The notes under the pieces are model-generated. The model did not search any database. It was not told the DNA's origin and saw only the letters and a program-made list of their open reading frames with translations. Below, one piece after another: positions 18,925-21,556 of a stretch of DNA of 21,556 nucleotides. The stretch comes from an uncultured Deinococcaceae bacterium. GTDB lineage: Bacteria > Deinococcota > Deinococci > Deinococcales > Deinococcaceae. The stretch's first letter is position 1. Each line of letters begins with the position of its first letter. The translations under genes and the position numbers were made by a program. The stretch spans positions 1-21,556 of the forward strand of contig CAXULY010000066.1 of the NCBI GenBank assembly GCA_964252075.1, given 5' to 3'.

Positions 18925-19634
18925 GTCACCGGGTGGCGCTCGTGACGGGCGCGGCGCGCGGCATCGGGCGGGGCGTGGCGGTGGCGCTCGCGCAGCAGGG
19001 CTTCGATGTGCTCGTGCATTACCGCGCCAGCCGCGCGGACGCCGAGGAGACCGCGCGGCTGTGCGGGGCGCACGGCGTGCGCGCGGTGCTGCACGCCGCG
19101 GACGTGAATGAGGAGCCGCAGGCGCGCGACCTCGTGCTGCAGGCGCAGCGGCAGCTGGGTGGGCCGCACGTGCTGGTGAACGTGGTGGGCAATTACGTGC
19201 ACAAGTCCTGGCTGGACACCAGCCCGGAGGAGTGGCACGAGATGCTGCAGAGCAACCTCACCGCGACCTTCTACACGTGCCGCGCGGCGGTGCCGCTGAT
19301 GCGTGAGGCGGGCTGGGGCCGCATCGTGAACTTCGGGTACGCGGGCGCCGAGCACCTCACGGCGCGCCCGGGCATCGTGCCGTACGCCATCGCGAAGAGC
19401 GGCGTGATCGCCCTGACGCGCGCCATCGCGCGGACGGAGGCGGGTCACGGCATCAGCGCGAACGTCGTGAGTCCCGGCGTGATCGAGACGAGCGTCTCCC
19501 AGCCGGTGAACGCCATTCCCGCCGGGCGGCTGGGCTTGGTGGAGGAGGTGGTGGGCGCCGTCATGACGTACGTGATGGGCAGTGGGTACATCACCGGGCA
19601 GGTGACCGAGGTGGCAGGCGGCTGGAACCTCTGA
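18921..19634 (+). CDS. tmpR: SDR oxidoreductase, Thermus/Deinococcus TmpR-like dihydropteridine/dihydrofolate reductase
   Basis: [44 protein letters not shown] (YxxxK) and C-terminal [12 protein letters not shown] resemble, from memory, the T. thermophilus enzyme; GTGA overlap. Confidence 0.8.
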   Translation: MSHRVALVTGAARGIGRGVAVALAQQGFDVLVHYRASRADAEETARLCGAHGVRAVLHAADVNEEPQARDLVLQAQRQLGGPHVLVNVVGNYVHKSWLDTSPEEWHEMLQSNLTATFYTCRAAVPLMREAGWGRIVNFGYAGAEHLTARPGIVPYAIAKSGVIALTRAIARTEAGHGISANVVSPGVIETSVSQPVNAIPAGRLGLVEEVVGAVMTYVMGSGYITGQVTEVAGGWNL

Positions 19635-19747
19635 TGGCCTGAGCGGCCTGTAGACCACGCCCAACCCCCTGGCGTATGGGTGGCTTGCGTCGGCAGCGAA
19701 CTGCTCACTGTGCCTGTGAGGGCTTCTTTCAAGTCCGCTGCATGACC

Positions 19748-19776
19748 TTGACTCAGGGTGTATACCACGGTATATT
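19748..19776 (+). promoter_or_regulatory. Near-consensus housekeeping sigma promoter TTGACT-N17-TATATT
   Basis: -35 at 19748-19753, 17-nt spacer, -10 at 19771-19776; the only full -35/-10 pair seen in the window. Confidence 0.85.
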
Positions 19777-19786
19777 GTCTCTATCA

Positions 19787-19811
19787 CCGCCTGAGAAGGG
19801 CGGATTTTTTT
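19787..19811 (+). terminator. Terminator-like hairpin plus T7 run directly before the alkA ATG
   Basis: CCGCCT-GAGA-AGGGCGG, then A-TTTTTTT, then ATG 19812. Confidence 0.7.
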
Positions 19812-20408
19812 ATGGACCCTGACCTCGAACACCAGATCGCCCTGACGCACCTGCGCCGCGACCCCACCATGGCGGGCCTCATCGCCCTGCACGGCGACCT
19901 GCCGCCCCTCACGGTCAGCCCGGACCCTTTCGCCACGCTGGTGCGCAACGTGATCGGACAGCAGCTCAGCGTGAAGGCCGCCGCCACCATCGCGGCGCGC
20001 CTGGACGCCCTGGCGCCCGGCTTCGGACCAAGCGACCTCACCGCCCTGCGCGCCGAGACGCTGCGCAGCGTGGGACTCTCGGGCGCGAAGGTGCGCACGG
20101 TGCACGCGCTGTCCGCTCGCGTGGCGGACGGCACCCTGGATTTCGCGCGCCTCGCAGCCGCGGCGGACGAGGACGTGATCGCGGCCCTCGTGCCTTTGCC
20201 CGGCATCGGGCGCTGGACCGCCGAGATGTTCCTGATGTTCGCCCTGGCACGCCCCGATGTCTTCGCCTGGGGGGACCTAGGCTTGCGGCGCGGCCTGGAA
20301 CGTCACTACCCTACCAGCGACACTGAGGCGGTGGTGGCGGCGTGGGCGCCTTGGCGCAGCCTCGCATCGCGGTACCTGTGGCGGAGCCTCAGCAACACAC
20401 CCGCCTGA
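19812..20408 (+). CDS. alkA: DNA-3-methyladenine glycosylase II (AlkA-like, HhH-GPD)
   Basis: DPFATLVRNVIGQQLSVKAA, HhH LPGIGRWTAEMFLMF, DVFAWGDLGLR, WAPWRSLA. Confidence 0.9.
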   Translation: MDPDLEHQIALTHLRRDPTMAGLIALHGDLPPLTVSPDPFATLVRNVIGQQLSVKAAATIAARLDALAPGFGPSDLTALRAETLRSVGLSGAKVRTVHALSARVADGTLDFARLAAAADEDVIAALVPLPGIGRWTAEMFLMFALARPDVFAWGDLGLRRGLERHYPTSDTEAVVAAWAPWRSLASRYLWRSLSNTPA

Positions 20409-20473
20409 CCACATCGCGCTTCCAGGCGGTGCGGCGTCAGGAGGGGAGGGGTGTTGGCCGCGTGACGTGGAAT

Positions 20474-20497
20474 TCACCTCTACAGGGGTGATTTTTT
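20474..20497 (+). terminator. Probable intrinsic terminator of alkA
   Basis: TCACCTC-taca-GGGGTGA (one G-U pair) followed by TTTTTT. Confidence 0.6.
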
Positions 20498-20516
20498 CCC
20501 GTTATGCTGTGAAGCA

Positions 20517-21206
20517 ATGAATTACCCCAGCCTGGTGTGGCACCTCAAGCGCACAGAGCTGTTTGCCGATCTGGAGCTGGCAGAGCTTGAGCGTGTTGCT
20601 GCATCGACGCCCTACCGTTCCTACCAGCCGGGTGAAGTCATTTACCGCATGGACGACCTCGCTGACGCGCTGTACTTCGTGCGCAGCGGCCTCATCAAGA
20701 TCAGCAAGTTGTTCCCCAACGGCAAAGAAGCCATCCTGAGCGTGGTGGGACCACACGACACCTTCGGGGAACTCCTGCTGGAGCCCGAGGAACGTCGGCC
20801 CACGCAGGCGGAGGCGGTGGAACCCACCACCCTCATCGTCCTGCCTCGAACGGAACTGCAGCGGCTGCTCGCCAGCAAACCGTCACTCGCCATGAAGCTC
20901 ATCCGCCTGATGGCGGCGCGGTTCTTCGAGGCGCAGTCCTGGACCGCCGAGGTCAGCGCCTACAGCGCGCCCGAGCGCGTCGCGAGCCTGCTGTACCGCC
21001 TCGCGCGGGAGTTCGGGAAGCCGCACCCGCTGGGTGTGGAGTTGAACTTAAAGCTCAATCAGGAGGACATCGCACGCATGGTGGGCGCCACGCGCGAGAC
21101 GGTGAGTCACAGCCTGAGCCGTCTAAAAAAGGAGGGGGCCATTGTGCGTCCGCGCTCGCCCATTGTGGTGCGGCTGGACGCCCTGCGCGCCTTTCTGGAG
21201 CAGTGA
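20517..21206 (+). CDS. Crp/Fnr-family transcriptional regulator
   Basis: cNMP-binding domain (LYFVRSGLIKI, DTFGE, RPTQAEA) and HTH LNQEDIARMVGATRETVSHSL; TATGCT at 20503-20508 upstream. Confidence 0.95.
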   Translation: MNYPSLVWHLKRTELFADLELAELERVAASTPYRSYQPGEVIYRMDDLADALYFVRSGLIKISKLFPNGKEAILSVVGPHDTFGELLLEPEERRPTQAEAVEPTTLIVLPRTELQRLLASKPSLAMKLIRLMAARFFEAQSWTAEVSAYSAPERVASLLYRLAREFGKPHPLGVELNLKLNQEDIARMVGATRETVSHSLSRLKKEGAIVRPRSPIVVRLDALRAFLEQ

Positions 21207-21436
21207 GCGCTCAGGTGCATTACGTGGAGTCGCGCGCCGATAGGGCGCGCGACTCTCTGTCCACGTTGCTAGAGACGCTCATGGCATACCCCGGATTCCT
21301 GGGTGGTGAACTCCTGTCGTCGCCGCTGCAGCCAGGTCTGTACCTCGTGGCGAGCCGGTGGGAGGGGGACGTGCCTGCTGTCGCGCTCCCCGAAGGTGCA
21401 CGCGCTTGGACCTTCGTCATTGAGCAGACCCGCTAG
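21203..21436 (+). CDS. Small ABM-like (antibiotic biosynthesis monooxygenase-like) protein
   Basis: GTGA overlap with the Crp stop; YPGFLGGELL..PGLYLVASRW pattern; 77 aa. Confidence 0.65.
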   Translation: MSAQVHYVESRADRARDSLSTLLETLMAYPGFLGGELLSSPLQPGLYLVASRWEGDVPAVALPEGARAWTFVIEQTR

Positions 21437-21498
21437 TTTAGTGGCTGCTGATGCCTCATAGCAGAGACGCGAACAGACAGCTGAAGCCATTGCCTGTC

Positions 21499-21543
21499 AA
21501 AAAAAGGAAGCGCCCGACCGTGCGAGAAGCAGGGTCGGGCGCT
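21499..21543 (-). terminator. Intrinsic terminator for a minus-strand gene beyond the window edge
   Basis: AGCGCCCGACC (21509-21519) pairs with GGTCGGGCGCT (21533-21543); A7 run at 21499-21505. Confidence 0.7.
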
Positions 21544-21556
21544 GGGGTGCGTGGGG

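Noticed and set aside
17870..19000. Locally G-rich coding strand compared with C-rich genes elsewhere
   Set aside because: Appears to be synonymous codon choice in normal genes; no boundary repeats or mobility genes, and it cannot be quantified by eye.
19635..19747. Intergenic region with short hairpins (ACGCC/GGCGT, CTCAC/GTGAG) as a possible ncRNA or riboswitch
   Set aside because: Stems are only about 5 bp, there is no recognisable aptamer, and it lies upstream of the alkA promoter. An Rfam/Infernal scan would be needed.
20462..20477. GTGA-N8-TCAC as a Crp autoregulatory site
   Set aside because: The spacer is 8 rather than the canonical 6, and the TCAC half is better explained as part of the alkA terminator stem.

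Overview
High-GC, gene-dense chromosomal window. It is most likely from a Deinococcus-type organism, inferred from a TmpR-like SDR, an apgM-type phosphoglycerate mutase and many TAnnnT boxes directly upstream of start codons. Left to right: a LacI regulator convergent with apgM; a secreted 4-Cys hypothetical protein divergent from an AIM24 gene; a Ter stress cluster (TerD, TerD-TerA fusion, TerD-vWA fusion, TerZ-like, TerD/E, DUF475 membrane protein and a lone Ter-type ATP-grasp enzyme); trmH; a ~221-aa protein with ADP-ribosyltransferase-like motifs hidden inside a long shadow ORF; AraC-azlC-azlD; mscL; a PDZ/radical-SAM DUF512 protein; a small membrane protein divergent from a GT1 glycosyltransferase; a coupled CDP-alcohol phosphotransferase / Nudix / tmpR operon; alkA behind a near-consensus promoter with an immediate terminator-like hairpin; and a Crp/Fnr regulator coupled to a small ABM-like protein. 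No mobile element, CRISPR array, tRNA or rRNA was seen. The best leads are the ART-like protein, the promoter/mini-terminator unit before alkA, and the stripped-down Ter cluster. All family calls come from motif recognition by eye, not from searches.
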